From: an uncultured Nitrososphaeraceae archaeon
GTDB taxonomy: Archaea > Thermoproteota > Nitrososphaeria > Nitrososphaerales > Nitrososphaeraceae
Reading direction: 5' to 3'
DNA: 64,000 bases
Assembly: GCA_963729045.1 (NCBI GenBank)
Contig: CAVSMN010000011.1
Coordinates: 32,001-96,000 of the forward strand
The translations under genes and the position numbers were made by a program. This document shows positions 23,149 to 33,003 of this stretch, in pieces (the first letter of the stretch is position 1; every line of letters begins with the position of its first letter). Under the pieces are notes generated by a model that was not told the origin of the DNA, did no database searches, and saw only the letters and a program-made list of their open reading frames with translations.

Positions 23149-23904
23149 TTAGAGGGTATTATTCAAAAATTGAGCAATTACGTCATCAAAGACCTTTATC
23201 GGTTGAGCACCCTCTAAGGCCGCTATTTTTGTTGAATTATCCTTAAGAATAAGGAATGTAGGGGTACTTGCAAGCCCGAGACCTTTAGCGAATATATCAT
23301 TTTGTACCACAAGTTGATTGAATTTATGTGAATTCAAGCAATCTGTGAACTGCGAAATGTTTGGCATGTTTACATTTTTGGCAAATCCTACAAGGCTATC
23401 AGTACTAATCCAACCAGTGTTTTCACCTCTTGAATTTCTATAAACCTCGTCATGATAATCCCAATACTTATTCTGCTCGGCTGCACAATAAGAGGCCTCT
23501 GCACCAAGTGTAGATAGTTTATCCTTGGGTAGGTCGTTGATGACCAGATCCTTAAAACCAAATCTCACTATCCCTGTATCAACGTATTTTGAAACAAGCT
23601 CATCCTTAGTTTCTTGATTGAATCTAGCGCAAAATGGACATTGATAGTCACCAAACTCTATAATATTTAATGTGGCATTATTATCACCAATGGCTTCGGC
23701 GCCTGGAATCACTGGAGTAGTCAGATTGGAAATCAATTGCTGGGTATCAGCGGGATTAGAAGAGGATGACTTATTTTTGCCTCCAAAATTAGAAAATGCT
23801 GTAATTGAGCCTCCAATTAAAAGTGCCCCAAATAGAACTGCCATAATTAGTAGCTTGCGATAATTAGTTTTAGGACCATGAGGTTTCCTGTTTCTATGCT
23901 TCAA
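23149..23904 (-). CDS. membrane-anchored DsbA family thiol-disulfide oxidoreductase
   Basis: N-terminal TM helix, EFGDYQCPFC, STPTF, GAQP. Confidence 0.9.
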   Translation of the reverse strand: MKHRNRKPHGPKTNYRKLLIMAVLFGALLIGGSITAFSNFGGKNKSSSSNPADTQQLISNLTTPVIPGAEAIGDNNATLNIIEFGDYQCPFCARFNQETKDELVSKYVDTGIVRFGFKDLVINDLPKDKLSTLGAEASYCAAEQNKYWDYHDEVYRNSRGENTGWISTDSLVGFAKNVNMPNISQFTDCLNSHKFNQLVVQNDIFAKGLGLASTPTFLILKDNSTKIAALEGAQPIKVFDDVIAQFLNNTL

Positions 23905-24013
23905 ATTAGAACAATAATTGAAAAACCAATCGGTTATTTAAAATAAATATATAGAAAATACAGATAACTATATCCGGATTCAAAAGGTCAAAATATGAAA
24001 AACATTTCTTACC

Positions 24014-24433
24014 TTAATTGAGTTTGGATTTAATTAGCTCAAATGCTTTTTCGGCTTGGTCTTTCTTGGGTAATTGAACAAAAAAAATATTACTGCTTTT
24101 TGATTCATGTGGTGCAATTCCTAACATTCCAGCAGTTGAAAGAAATCTAAAAAAATCGATACTTTCATTTGCGAATAATAAGAAATCAAATTCAAGATCG
24201 GTATTAAGAAAATTTATATTCAAATTTACAAAGACATGGTGTCCGTCATCATAAATATTTAAGTTAGTATCAATCAAGTTAGGCTTGCCATATGATTTAT
24301 TAATAATATTTTCGAATTGAACATTTTCGATGAGTAAGCAGGGCACTTTAATCCCATTATAGTCAATCACAGAAAAACCTAATTTATGAACATTGGCTAG
24401 GAAATCTTCAAGGGAATTCAAGTTTTTATTCAA
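24014..24433 (-). CDS. hypothetical protein, co-oriented downstream of the ATPase
   Basis: 139-aa ORF starting 76 nt after the ATPase stop. Confidence 0.7.
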   Translation of the reverse strand: MNKNLNSLEDFLANVHKLGFSVIDYNGIKVPCLLIENVQFENIINKSYGKPNLIDTNLNIYDDGHHVFVNLNINFLNTDLEFDFLLFANESIDFFRFLSTAGMLGIAPHESKSSNIFFVQLPKKDQAEKAFELIKSKLN

Positions 24434-24509
24434 GTCTACACAACAACTTGAAAATTAATAAAATATAAATTAGATCATGGTTACAAGCAAAAGACTAGTA
24501 GGTCGCGGG

Positions 24510-26138
24510 TCAGCAGATTTGGATAGATTTTGCGAGCAGTATCGCCTTTTGTGGATCCTCTGATTTGATTTCGTCACTATCGTATTTCTTGCTAAAATAG
24601 AGCAAATCAGCCAGTTTCCATTTGTCAATGGTTACTAGGGTAGTGCCATTTTTTTTTACGTTTGTAATATTAGTAGTCAATATTACCAATTTATCAACTA
24701 CCGAGTTCTTTTTAGTGCTTTTAACAATCTTGTCAAAGTTCTTGTTCTTATCAGAATCGACTGCGATCGATATACCCACCTTTTTTCCCATTTGATCGTT
24801 ATATATTGCATCTAAATAATCGGTATCGATCTTTTCATCATATTTTTTTACAGTTCCCAATTCATCAAAATAACTTATCAAATTTCTGACAGCCTCTTTT
24901 ACATTCGATTCTACAATATCCTTATCAACTGATATTTTTCTCATTTTAATAAAATCTGAGATCGGTATTCCCATGATACTTCCTCTCAAACGCAACCCGG
25001 GATAGACATTTTTGATCGTTTCTTCTATTGATTGTTCGTCTATATTTGAAGAATTCTTCTTCAAAGACATTTCGAAGGCATGATATAAGACATTTAAGAT
25101 AGATCTTATGTTCCGAAAGTCTGGAAATTCATCATAAATTATTTTTATTTTTGATGAGATATCTTTCCTTTCTGAAGATGAAAGTTCATTGTTAAAATGC
25201 AACACATATTGAAGAACAATGCTATTTATTTCATCGAAAGAATTGGATCCTGCCAAATCAATTTTATAATTTGCTTTTTCTAGACGATCGAAAAGTGATG
25301 GATTGATCTTGGAAATATCAGCATACAAGGAAGGGGTAGTTACTATCATAAACAAGGCATACGGGACGTGAGAATTAATTAATCCCTTCAAATAATCCAA
25401 TGAATTTAAGTTGGTGTCAAACTCATCGATCTGAAAAATAGTAATTTTTTTAAACAATTTATAGTTGATCATGGCCAAGTTGGTTAAGACCATTGTAAGA
25501 TTTTCAAATGTTTTTAAATCGGAATAGTTTAATGTGCCTGTCTTGATAATTTCAGTAATTATATGTGTCTCTATTTTAGTAAAATCATTTGACATTAATT
25601 CAAATAAATGTTCGTAAGATATTCTCATTTTTCTTTCACCCATTTGTTCTATCTTGTCAGAAATTGAATTCCCATTGAGTGAATCAAAAAACCCGTATTT
25701 TACTATCTTCTTTACTAACTTTGGATTCTGTACATAACTATCTTTCAGGTAATCAATTAGCTTTACCTTTATGGAGTCATAGTATTCTTTTCCAAATCCG
25801 CTTACAATAGAATGAAAGAAATTATCGATTTCCCTGGGTTGAACTTGAGTTAGGTCGACGTATGAAATAATTGATTTATCATTGACTTCAGACAAAGTCC
25901 TCATATGCAGCGTTAAATGTGTTTTACCTGATCCCACATCTTGGATTACAGAGATTATCTTGAAAAGATCTTCATTTAGAGGCTCCGTACTATTTAATTT
26001 CAGGTTCAATTCGTTCAAGCAATCCTTAATTGAATTTAACGCTGCAATGTGCCTTTTCCCCCCAAGAATATTGGCACTGGATAATGTGGGTGTTGGACTA
26101 CTAGGAAAAGGATTGACGGTTAGATTGTATGGTGCCAT
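24510..26138 (-). CDS. uncharacterised AAA+/P-loop ATPase with C-terminal alpha/beta tail
   Basis: YNLTVNPF, Walker A QDVGSGKTH, Walker B FQIDEFD, SLFDRL, NIRSIL; ATG overlaps the upstream stop (TGATG) and has GAGGTG upstream. Confidence 0.8.
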   Translation of the reverse strand: MAPYNLTVNPFPSSPTPTLSSANILGGKRHIAALNSIKDCLNELNLKLNSTEPLNEDLFKIISVIQDVGSGKTHLTLHMRTLSEVNDKSIISYVDLTQVQPREIDNFFHSIVSGFGKEYYDSIKVKLIDYLKDSYVQNPKLVKKIVKYGFFDSLNGNSISDKIEQMGERKMRISYEHLFELMSNDFTKIETHIITEIIKTGTLNYSDLKTFENLTMVLTNLAMINYKLFKKITIFQIDEFDTNLNSLDYLKGLINSHVPYALFMIVTTPSLYADISKINPSLFDRLEKANYKIDLAGSNSFDEINSIVLQYVLHFNNELSSSERKDISSKIKIIYDEFPDFRNIRSILNVLYHAFEMSLKKNSSNIDEQSIEETIKNVYPGLRLRGSIMGIPISDFIKMRKISVDKDIVESNVKEAVRNLISYFDELGTVKKYDEKIDTDYLDAIYNDQMGKKVGISIAVDSDKNKNFDKIVKSTKKNSVVDKLVILTTNITNVKKNGTTLVTIDKWKLADLLYFSKKYDSDEIKSEDPQKAILLAKSIQIC

Positions 26139-26815
26139 CAAATACACCTCACAAATCCATGGACTATTCCTCTTAACACGACTCCTTCATAACCTCCAGA
26201 CGATAATTCATATTTTTCTGGATACAATTCAATGAGTTCACTTACAAGGCTGTAAAATTCATTATTGGAAAGATCGCAGGATTCACACAACTCGTCTTTA
26301 ACCGAAGAGAGTTCTACCCAACCAATTGAAGTCGAACGATTTCCTATTACTCTGTCAAAGTGTTCTTTAAATGTATCAATAGATATTTGATTATTATCAT
26401 AATCAATGTTAGTGGGATCAACTTTTATATTATTTATTTTATCTTCGATTCTGTTAAAGGAATTCTTAACTTCTACTAATTCGCCATCAATTTTTTCTAC
26501 ATATTTAAATATGCTATCAGAGTAGTTGTTTAGTTTCTTTTGAATACCTAAAATAGAATCGTATAGATATTTGAATTTTATATCTGATGAGAGTAAATGA
26601 TCTAGATAATATTCCTTTCCCCAGCAATAAACATATGTTCCTTTTTTAGATATGCATATTTTATCCTGTGCCGTTAGTTCATTCAAGGTATCCTCAAAAT
26701 TATCCTCAGGATATTTTTTCTTTAATTCAGATTTCTTTACTCCTGCAGATCCAAAGGAATTAATATCATTATAGATCATATCTAAATCGGACATACTAGC
26801 AAAATAAAAAAACAA
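26138..26815 (-). CDS. predicted wHTH - coiled coil - wHTH protein, partner of the ATPase
   Basis: GVKKSELKKKY..LNEL..KICISKKG; central heptads; GWVELSSVKDEL..EFYSLV..YELSSGG. Confidence 0.7.
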   Translation of the reverse strand: MFFYFASMSDLDMIYNDINSFGSAGVKKSELKKKYPEDNFEDTLNELTAQDKICISKKGTYVYCWGKEYYLDHLLSSDIKFKYLYDSILGIQKKLNNYSDSIFKYVEKIDGELVEVKNSFNRIEDKINNIKVDPTNIDYDNNQISIDTFKEHFDRVIGNRSTSIGWVELSSVKDELCESCDLSNNEFYSLVSELIELYPEKYELSSGGYEGVVLRGIVHGFVRCI

Positions 26816-27046
26816 GATAAAAAAAAGATAGTCAATAAAAAATAATTATGCTGTAAAAAAAAATAAACAAATATAAGAATTAATACATCTGAGTGAGATC
26901 CATGGGAATGATGATACATTTGTCTGATAAAATAATGATGATAGCACTAGGGTATCTGACCTAAATTACAAATATCTGGACCGTTTGATACCGGATTTAT
27001 TATATACATTAATAAATATTCTTTTGACAATAGTTCTACAGTTAAG

Positions 27047-27361
27047 TTGTTCAATAATGATAAAAGATATGAAGATACCGTCGGTATAGATGAAATAACT
27101 AAAAGAACTAATAGATTGCTCGATGAATTTAAGGAGAATTATATAAAGAACAATAAAAATGATTTTATCAATGATGCAATAACAAATATGGTTGTTTGTT
27201 GTAAAACATACGAAAAAATTTTCGCAGGCTTCATAATTGTATCTCAAAGAAATAACATGCCACAAGAATTAATTGAAGGATTTGTAAAATGGTCTACCGG
27301 TCAACTAGAAGACCTCAAGGAAAAAATTCAAGAAATAGATAAAAAAAGAGATATGCGATGA
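27047..27361 (+). CDS. hypothetical helical protein
   Basis: 104-aa ORF divergent from the ATPase operon. Confidence 0.55.
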   Translation: MFNNDKRYEDTVGIDEITKRTNRLLDEFKENYIKNNKNDFINDAITNMVVCCKTYEKIFAGFIIVSQRNNMPQELIEGFVKWSTGQLEDLKEKIQEIDKKRDMR

Positions 27362-27436
27362 TTATGGCGTTTATTTAAATTATTTGTGCATCGAAGGAGT
27401 TAAATTCAGGATTAGAGTGTTTAATATTGAAAACTT

Positions 27437-28351
27437 GTGTCATTGAGTGGTCGAGTAGAATCTTCTGCGATTAAAGATTATATCGAGGTTTCAAAGCCGC
27501 GAATTGTAATTGTACTTGTCATTACAGCGGTTACCTCTATGCTTGCAGCGACTAGATTTGACGGTACACCAAACTCGGCATGGGATATTTCTGGATGGAA
27601 ATTATTGTTTCTAATAATTAGTGGATCCCTTTCCTCAATGGGAGCAAGCGCAATTAATCAATTTTATGATAAGAATATTGACAATTTGATGGGAAGAACA
27701 GCCAAGAGACCGATTCCATCAGGTAGATTGAAGGCAAATAATGTTTTGATATATGGCCTGGCTTTGTGTGTTATATCGGTTATCCTCGCATGGTTCACAT
27801 TAAATCCGATGGCAACTTTTATGATAGGGTTGGGAATTTTTTTCTACGTAGTTATTTACACGTTACTTCTTAAGAGAAGGAATGTTTGGAATATCGTAAT
27901 TGGAGGATTCGCAGGAAGTGCAGCTGCTATGGCAGGTTGGGCAACAACCACAAATAGTATAGATGTTTTAGGATTTTTGGTAGGATGGATTGTCTTTATG
28001 TGGACACCACCTCATTTCTGGTGCTTGGCCATCAAACAAAGGGAAGAATATTCAAAAGCTAAAGTACCCATGCTACCGGTTATTTATGGTAATCAAGTAA
28101 CGGCTAAATATATTTTCATAAATTCTTTGATATTAATTCCCTATTCACTTTCATTGTATTTTTTTGGATTAGGAGTTTTATATTTAGGTGTAGCAGCGGT
28201 GTCTGGATCACTAATGACTTTCTACCATTACAAACTTTTAAAGAATCCAACTCCAGAACTAGCATGGAAAGCATACAAGGTAACAGCACCCTATCTAGTA
28301 ATAATTTTTGTAGCAATTGCCCTTGATTCGTTATGGTACTTTAGATTTTAG
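27437..28351 (+). CDS. ctaB: heme o synthase (protoheme IX farnesyltransferase)
   Basis: KPRIV, DNLMGRTAKRPIPSG, YTLLLKR, NIVIGG, WTPPHFW. Confidence 0.95.
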   Translation: MSLSGRVESSAIKDYIEVSKPRIVIVLVITAVTSMLAATRFDGTPNSAWDISGWKLLFLIISGSLSSMGASAINQFYDKNIDNLMGRTAKRPIPSGRLKANNVLIYGLALCVISVILAWFTLNPMATFMIGLGIFFYVVIYTLLLKRRNVWNIVIGGFAGSAAAMAGWATTTNSIDVLGFLVGWIVFMWTPPHFWCLAIKQREEYSKAKVPMLPVIYGNQVTAKYIFINSLILIPYSLSLYFFGLGVLYLGVAAVSGSLMTFYHYKLLKNPTPELAWKAYKVTAPYLVIIFVAIALDSLWYFRF

Positions 28352-28389
28352 TAAGATTTGGATGCTAAGAGGGGAGCTCAACTAATTTT

Positions 28390-28623
28390 TTATTTTGTTA
28401 ATTCAATTCTTTTCTTATCTTTTGTCAACCAACTGACCCTAATGAGACCGTAAATCTCCAGGTCCAATAATACTTTGTTAAATTCGTCTTCTAATATACT
28501 AACACCATCTTTAGACATAGAATTAAGTAAATCCTGATCGGTAGTGGTACCTAGCTGTTTAATCTTTTCAAATATAATATTTCTTATAGGATAATTCACA
28601 TTATCAATTCTAACATGGAGCAT
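28390..28623 (-). CDS. small winged-helix-like protein downstream of CDC48
   Basis: IFEKIKQ..TDQDL..FNKVLLDLEIYGLIRVSW. Confidence 0.7.
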   Translation of the reverse strand: MLHVRIDNVNYPIRNIIFEKIKQLGTTTDQDLLNSMSKDGVSILEDEFNKVLLDLEIYGLIRVSWLTKDKKRIELTK

Positions 28624-28663
28624 ATTATAGGTTTAGAAATAAAAAATATTTTTTATTATCTAA

Positions 28664-30868
28664 TTAACCATAAAAGATCTTGTCTTGAAATTTTGGAATC
28701 GCGGTTGTCAATTTTTTTTCTATTGATGAATACCAGTTATGTATATCATTTGTAATTGATGGTTTGACGGTGTTAAGTGCCTCCTCGAAATCGACATTAA
28801 AGATCATGTCCGAATTCTTGTGAATTGCATTAATTGCTGCAAATCTACAAAGGGCCACTAAATCTGCTCCACTAAATCCTTTGGTTAGCGACGATATCTT
28901 GTTCAAATCTACATCAGAAGATATAGGCATGGCAGAGGTAATTTTTAATAAAATATCGTTCCGAGAAATCTCATCCGGCGGATTGACAAATATTATGAGA
29001 TCAAACCTTCCTGGTCTCAGTAACGAAGTATCCAGGAGATCGGGTCTGCTAGTTATCCCGATTACTATAACCCCAAAATTACCAGAATCATCCATTTCAG
29101 ACAAGATTTGTGATAAAACTCTTTCATTTCCAGAAACATCATCAGAGGTACGTGGTCGACCGAGAGAATCCAATTCATCGAAAACAACTATGCAAGGGGA
29201 AGAGGATCGAGCTTTCCTAAATATTTCTCTTATGGCCTTTTCCGATTCTCCTACCCATTTTGATAACACTTCTGGCCCCCGAACAAAAATGATATTCATG
29301 GAACCTTCATTTGCAAAGGATTTAGCTAGTAGGGTCTTACCACATCCAGATGGACCAAATATTAATGCCCCTTTAGCTGGCTTTATTCCCATTTTCAAAA
29401 ATTTTTCAGGAGATATGATAGGAGACAACAGGTTTTCCCTAAGCAGGCTTTTTTCCTTAACTAGACCCCCGACTTCATCCCAGGTTATATTTGTTGGTTC
29501 AACATAAAATTCCCTTAGCGCTGTTGGTATAATTTCCTTCATAGCGTTAATAAAATCCTGTTGATTAATTCTTATACTATTCAAAATTTCAGTAGGCACT
29601 TGATTTTGGTTCTCTAAATCAAAATCAGTTAGAGTTCTTCTTATAGATTTCATTGCAGCTTCTCTGGAGAGAGCCTTGATGTCCGCACCAGTATATCCAT
29701 TCAATAATTTTGCCAAATCTCTTAATTGAATGTCTGAATCAAGCGGCATTTCATGGGTATGGATTTTTAATATTTCAAATCTTCCATCCACATTGTGAAT
29801 TCCTATTTCTATTTCACGATCAAATCGGCCAGGTCTTCTCAAAGCTGGGTCCAGACTATCTGGTCTGTTTGTAGCACCCAATACAACTACATTTCCTCGA
29901 TCAGACATTCCATCCATTAAAGCTAATAATTGTGCTACTACCCTTTTTTCTACATCACCAAACGTATCTTCTCTTTTAGGTGCGATGGCATCAATTTCAT
30001 CAATGAATATAATACTAGGAGCTGATTCTTTGGCTTTTTGAAAAATCTCTCTTAGTTTGCTTTCTGTTTCACCATAATACTTGTTCACAATTTCAGGACC
30101 ATTAATGATATAAAAATTTGCTTTTGACTCAGCTGCCAATGCTTTGGCAATGAGGGTCTTTCCGCATCCCGGAGGACCAAAAAGGAGAATACCCTTATGT
30201 GGTTCTATCCCTATTTTTGAAAATACTTCAGGATGTCTGAGTGGAAGCTCTACTATTTCCCTCAAACGGGTGATTTGATTTTTCAAGCCACCAATTTGCT
30301 CATATGTAACGTGGTAACTGTCATGATAGAGTTTTTCTAAACCCGTTCTGATCACTATTTTGGTAAACTTGGTAATTTTTACCACCTCTCTAGGGAGAGT
30401 GCTATAGACTTTAAACTCCAACGAGGTCCCCAAAAAATTTAGGGTGAATTGTTCGCCTTTGGTCACAGGATATCCTTCAAATCGGTTATTTAGATACAAA
30501 TTAAATTCATCTGAAAAATTCTTTGAAGTATTGCACGACAATACTACTCTTTCAGCAGGTTTAGGTTCAGTCTTTTTGACCAACACGTAGTCATTAAGGC
30601 TAATACCTGCATTTTGTCGAGTCTGACCATCAATATGAATACAACTGTTTTTTTTAGCCTTATCCTCAAAACCAAAAACAGAAACGGTTGTTATTTTCTT
30701 CCCAGCAATCTCTATTATATCACCGTCAGAAACCCCTAATTTCTCCATTGAAATGCGGTCGAGAATCGCTTTTTTCTTTCCTACATCCTTGATTCGACAC
30801 TCGGCAACTTTCATCTTAATAGTTGTTGCTTTGTGGGAACCAGTGAGAGATTTATCTTTTCTTTTCAA
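28664..30868 (-). CDS. cdc48: CDC48/VCP family AAA ATPase
   Basis: N-domain plus two AAA modules ([13 protein letters not shown] and [13 protein letters not shown]), LRRPGRFD. Confidence 0.95.
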   Translation of the reverse strand: MKRKDKSLTGSHKATTIKMKVAECRIKDVGKKKAILDRISMEKLGVSDGDIIEIAGKKITTVSVFGFEDKAKKNSCIHIDGQTRQNAGISLNDYVLVKKTEPKPAERVVLSCNTSKNFSDEFNLYLNNRFEGYPVTKGEQFTLNFLGTSLEFKVYSTLPREVVKITKFTKIVIRTGLEKLYHDSYHVTYEQIGGLKNQITRLREIVELPLRHPEVFSKIGIEPHKGILLFGPPGCGKTLIAKALAAESKANFYIINGPEIVNKYYGETESKLREIFQKAKESAPSIIFIDEIDAIAPKREDTFGDVEKRVVAQLLALMDGMSDRGNVVVLGATNRPDSLDPALRRPGRFDREIEIGIHNVDGRFEILKIHTHEMPLDSDIQLRDLAKLLNGYTGADIKALSREAAMKSIRRTLTDFDLENQNQVPTEILNSIRINQQDFINAMKEIIPTALREFYVEPTNITWDEVGGLVKEKSLLRENLLSPIISPEKFLKMGIKPAKGALIFGPSGCGKTLLAKSFANEGSMNIIFVRGPEVLSKWVGESEKAIREIFRKARSSSPCIVVFDELDSLGRPRTSDDVSGNERVLSQILSEMDDSGNFGVIVIGITSRPDLLDTSLLRPGRFDLIIFVNPPDEISRNDILLKITSAMPISSDVDLNKISSLTKGFSGADLVALCRFAAINAIHKNSDMIFNVDFEEALNTVKPSITNDIHNWYSSIEKKLTTAIPKFQDKIFYG

Positions 30869-30895
30869 ATGAATCCAGATGCTAATTATTAGATA

Positions 30896-31177
30896 TTATT
30901 TCATCTTTACAGATTGTCTGCTGATATTCATGACTTGGATTTCTCCAGCCCCGTCTATTTTTTTTATGGATTCTTCGAGTTTTTCCATTTCTCCTTCAGC
31001 ATCATCTAATAAGAAATCACCCACTAGAGCATTTAAGCCAAATGCTATTGGCTCTTTGGCATGTGCCTTCAATTCCATGCCCTCAGGAACTTTTGATTTC
31101 AGAACATTAGCCAATGAATCCATATCAGTTTCTGAATCTGCTGGTAGAATTTTGATCCGTGCTACAAGTCTAGCCAT
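30896..31177 (-). CDS. ef1b: elongation factor 1-beta
   Basis: MARLVARIKILP..EPIAFGLNAL. Confidence 0.93.
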   Translation of the reverse strand: MARLVARIKILPADSETDMDSLANVLKSKVPEGMELKAHAKEPIAFGLNALVGDFLLDDAEGEMEKLEESIKKIDGAGEIQVMNISRQSVKMK

Positions 31178-31182
31178 TTTAA

Positions 31183-31362
31183 TTATGGTCCCTCGAATCC
31201 ACACCCTACACATTTATAGGGTCTGGCAAATTCTCTACAGCTCTGACATCTCCAGATAATAACATACCCGCAATTTGGACAATAAAATCTTACACATGCA
31301 TCGTTAGGCATGATAGGTCTGTTACAAGAGGTACAAACAGGTAATTGTAACTGCTTTGACAT
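31183..31362 (-). CDS. DUF1610 / HVO_2753-like Zn-finger protein; not in ORF track
   Basis: MSKQLQLPVCTSC..FYCPNCG..IWRCQSCR..YKCVGCGFEGP*, in the usual position upstream of EF-1beta. Confidence 0.9.
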   Translation of the reverse strand: MSKQLQLPVCTSCNRPIMPNDACVRFYCPNCGYVIIWRCQSCREFARPYKCVGCGFEGP

Positions 31363-31388
31363 GTTATCTAAAGGTCTGCAAACCGCAT

Positions 31389-32579
31389 TTATATCTTGCT
31401 TAGATCCTGGACTATTTTGCGATATTCATTACCCATGAGAGTACGCATCAAGTTTATAGTCATACGAGTATTCATGAAGCGTTTGAGAGCAAATGAATGA
31501 AAATCAAAATCCCCTGTAGAAGAGATCTTTTCCAGGGTGTTTTTTGATATATCAGAAAATATTTTGTCCAACGCTCTATTATCTAGCCGTTCAAGTATTC
31601 GCCTAAATAAGAGTAACTTATCAAACTCACTTCCAAATCGGGTCAACCAATCATTCTCATACTGGTCTAAAAACGAAGAATCACCACCATCCAATATAGA
31701 TTTGGATATGGCACGGCCAGCATAAATTCCCCCCATTCCCCCCGTATAAATTCCTCCTGCAGTCGTAGGTTTGGTCTGCCCTGCAGCATCCCCTACAATA
31801 ACGGTTTTACCGTTATAAAACGGCTTGACATATCCACTAATCCAAATGGGAGCATATATCTTTCTGACGATCGAATATGGTTTGCCTCGGATTTCCAGGA
31901 ATCGTTCTATGGATAAATTTGGATTTATGTTCTTACCTGCTACACCTACTTTGCCCTTTCCTTCACCAGTTGGGATAATCCAGGCAAAAAAGCCTGGATA
32001 TAGATCAGAATCAAAAATAACTTCTATGGTGTCTTTCATTATCCACGGGGCATAAACTTCAAACTGTCCCGATGGGATTATGTTCCTCCTGCCTTTATTT
32101 ACTAATGTTCCGACTCCACGCGCATCAACAAAAAAATTGCTACCAAATACTTTTCCCCCTTGGATCTTAACTTCGAACTGATTCTCTTCGAAACTAACGG
32201 AAATAATAGAACTCCTGGTGTTAATCTCAGCACCATTTTTCTGAGCTTGAAGTGCTATTTCCTTATCGAAAGATCTCCTATCTATCACTATAACCCTTTG
32301 ATTTTCAGAATTTATGCCAAAAGAGCTATTTCGGGTCCGAATTACGGCGCTCTTTATTTCGTTATCTACGGTTTTTAATCTAGGGATTATTCCGAGACTT
32401 TCAAGTGCTTTTTGGCTGACAACCCCTCCGCAATGTTCTGGGGTTCCAATTTCGTGATCTTCTTCTAGAACTAGAACTTTAAGACCTCTAGACGACATTT
32501 CACGAGCCGCCAAAAGTCCAGAAACACTCCCACCCCCGACTATGGCATCATAATGGTCTGCTTTTAATGCTGAAGTCAA
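31389..32579 (-). CDS. geranylgeranyl reductase family FAD oxidoreductase
   Basis: GGGSVSG, HCGG, DRRSFD, FAWIIP, GDAAGQTKPTTAGGI. Confidence 0.85.
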   Translation of the reverse strand: MTSALKADHYDAIVGGGSVSGLLAAREMSSRGLKVLVLEEDHEIGTPEHCGGVVSQKALESLGIIPRLKTVDNEIKSAVIRTRNSSFGINSENQRVIVIDRRSFDKEIALQAQKNGAEINTRSSIISVSFEENQFEVKIQGGKVFGSNFFVDARGVGTLVNKGRRNIIPSGQFEVYAPWIMKDTIEVIFDSDLYPGFFAWIIPTGEGKGKVGVAGKNINPNLSIERFLEIRGKPYSIVRKIYAPIWISGYVKPFYNGKTVIVGDAAGQTKPTTAGGIYTGGMGGIYAGRAISKSILDGGDSSFLDQYENDWLTRFGSEFDKLLLFRRILERLDNRALDKIFSDISKNTLEKISSTGDFDFHSFALKRFMNTRMTINLMRTLMGNEYRKIVQDLSKI

Positions 32580-33003
32580 AATTAATGAATAATATTAATT
32601 GGACAATTATTTATTCTATAGAGCATTAATATCACAAAAAGATGATTAATCGATCTTAAAGTACAAGTTGTAATGTAAATTCAATAATCAACAGAATAGG
32701 GGCTGATCTATAAAAAATGGAAAAGGAAAACTTTCAGAATCTTATCATTATTATACGAATTGAAGACACATTAAGTTAATTGAAGCTAAATAGATTATGT
32801 ATAGAATGTATGATAAAAATAGACTCAATCAGGATAGAAATAACTATATCGATTAGTTGATTGCAGTTCAGCTATTTGATTTATGGTCACTGCTTGCACC
32901 CAACAAAAAAATCTATACTCGGTTTAACTTGATCGAATGCAATCTGAAATAATATTGTAATAGTTTCCCGTCCATCCAAATCTATCAGACTCGTCATATT
33001 TTA

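Noticed and set aside
24510..26138. Calling the ATPase Orc1/Cdc6 or BREX BrxC/D
   Set aside because: Lacks recognisable Orc1 signatures and adjacent ORB repeats; no pglX/pglZ nearby
28881..29507. 208-aa plus-strand ORF and similar antisense ORFs in tuf, ileS, cdvC, pgk and GNAT
   Set aside because: Shadow frames of well-supported genes; no motifs
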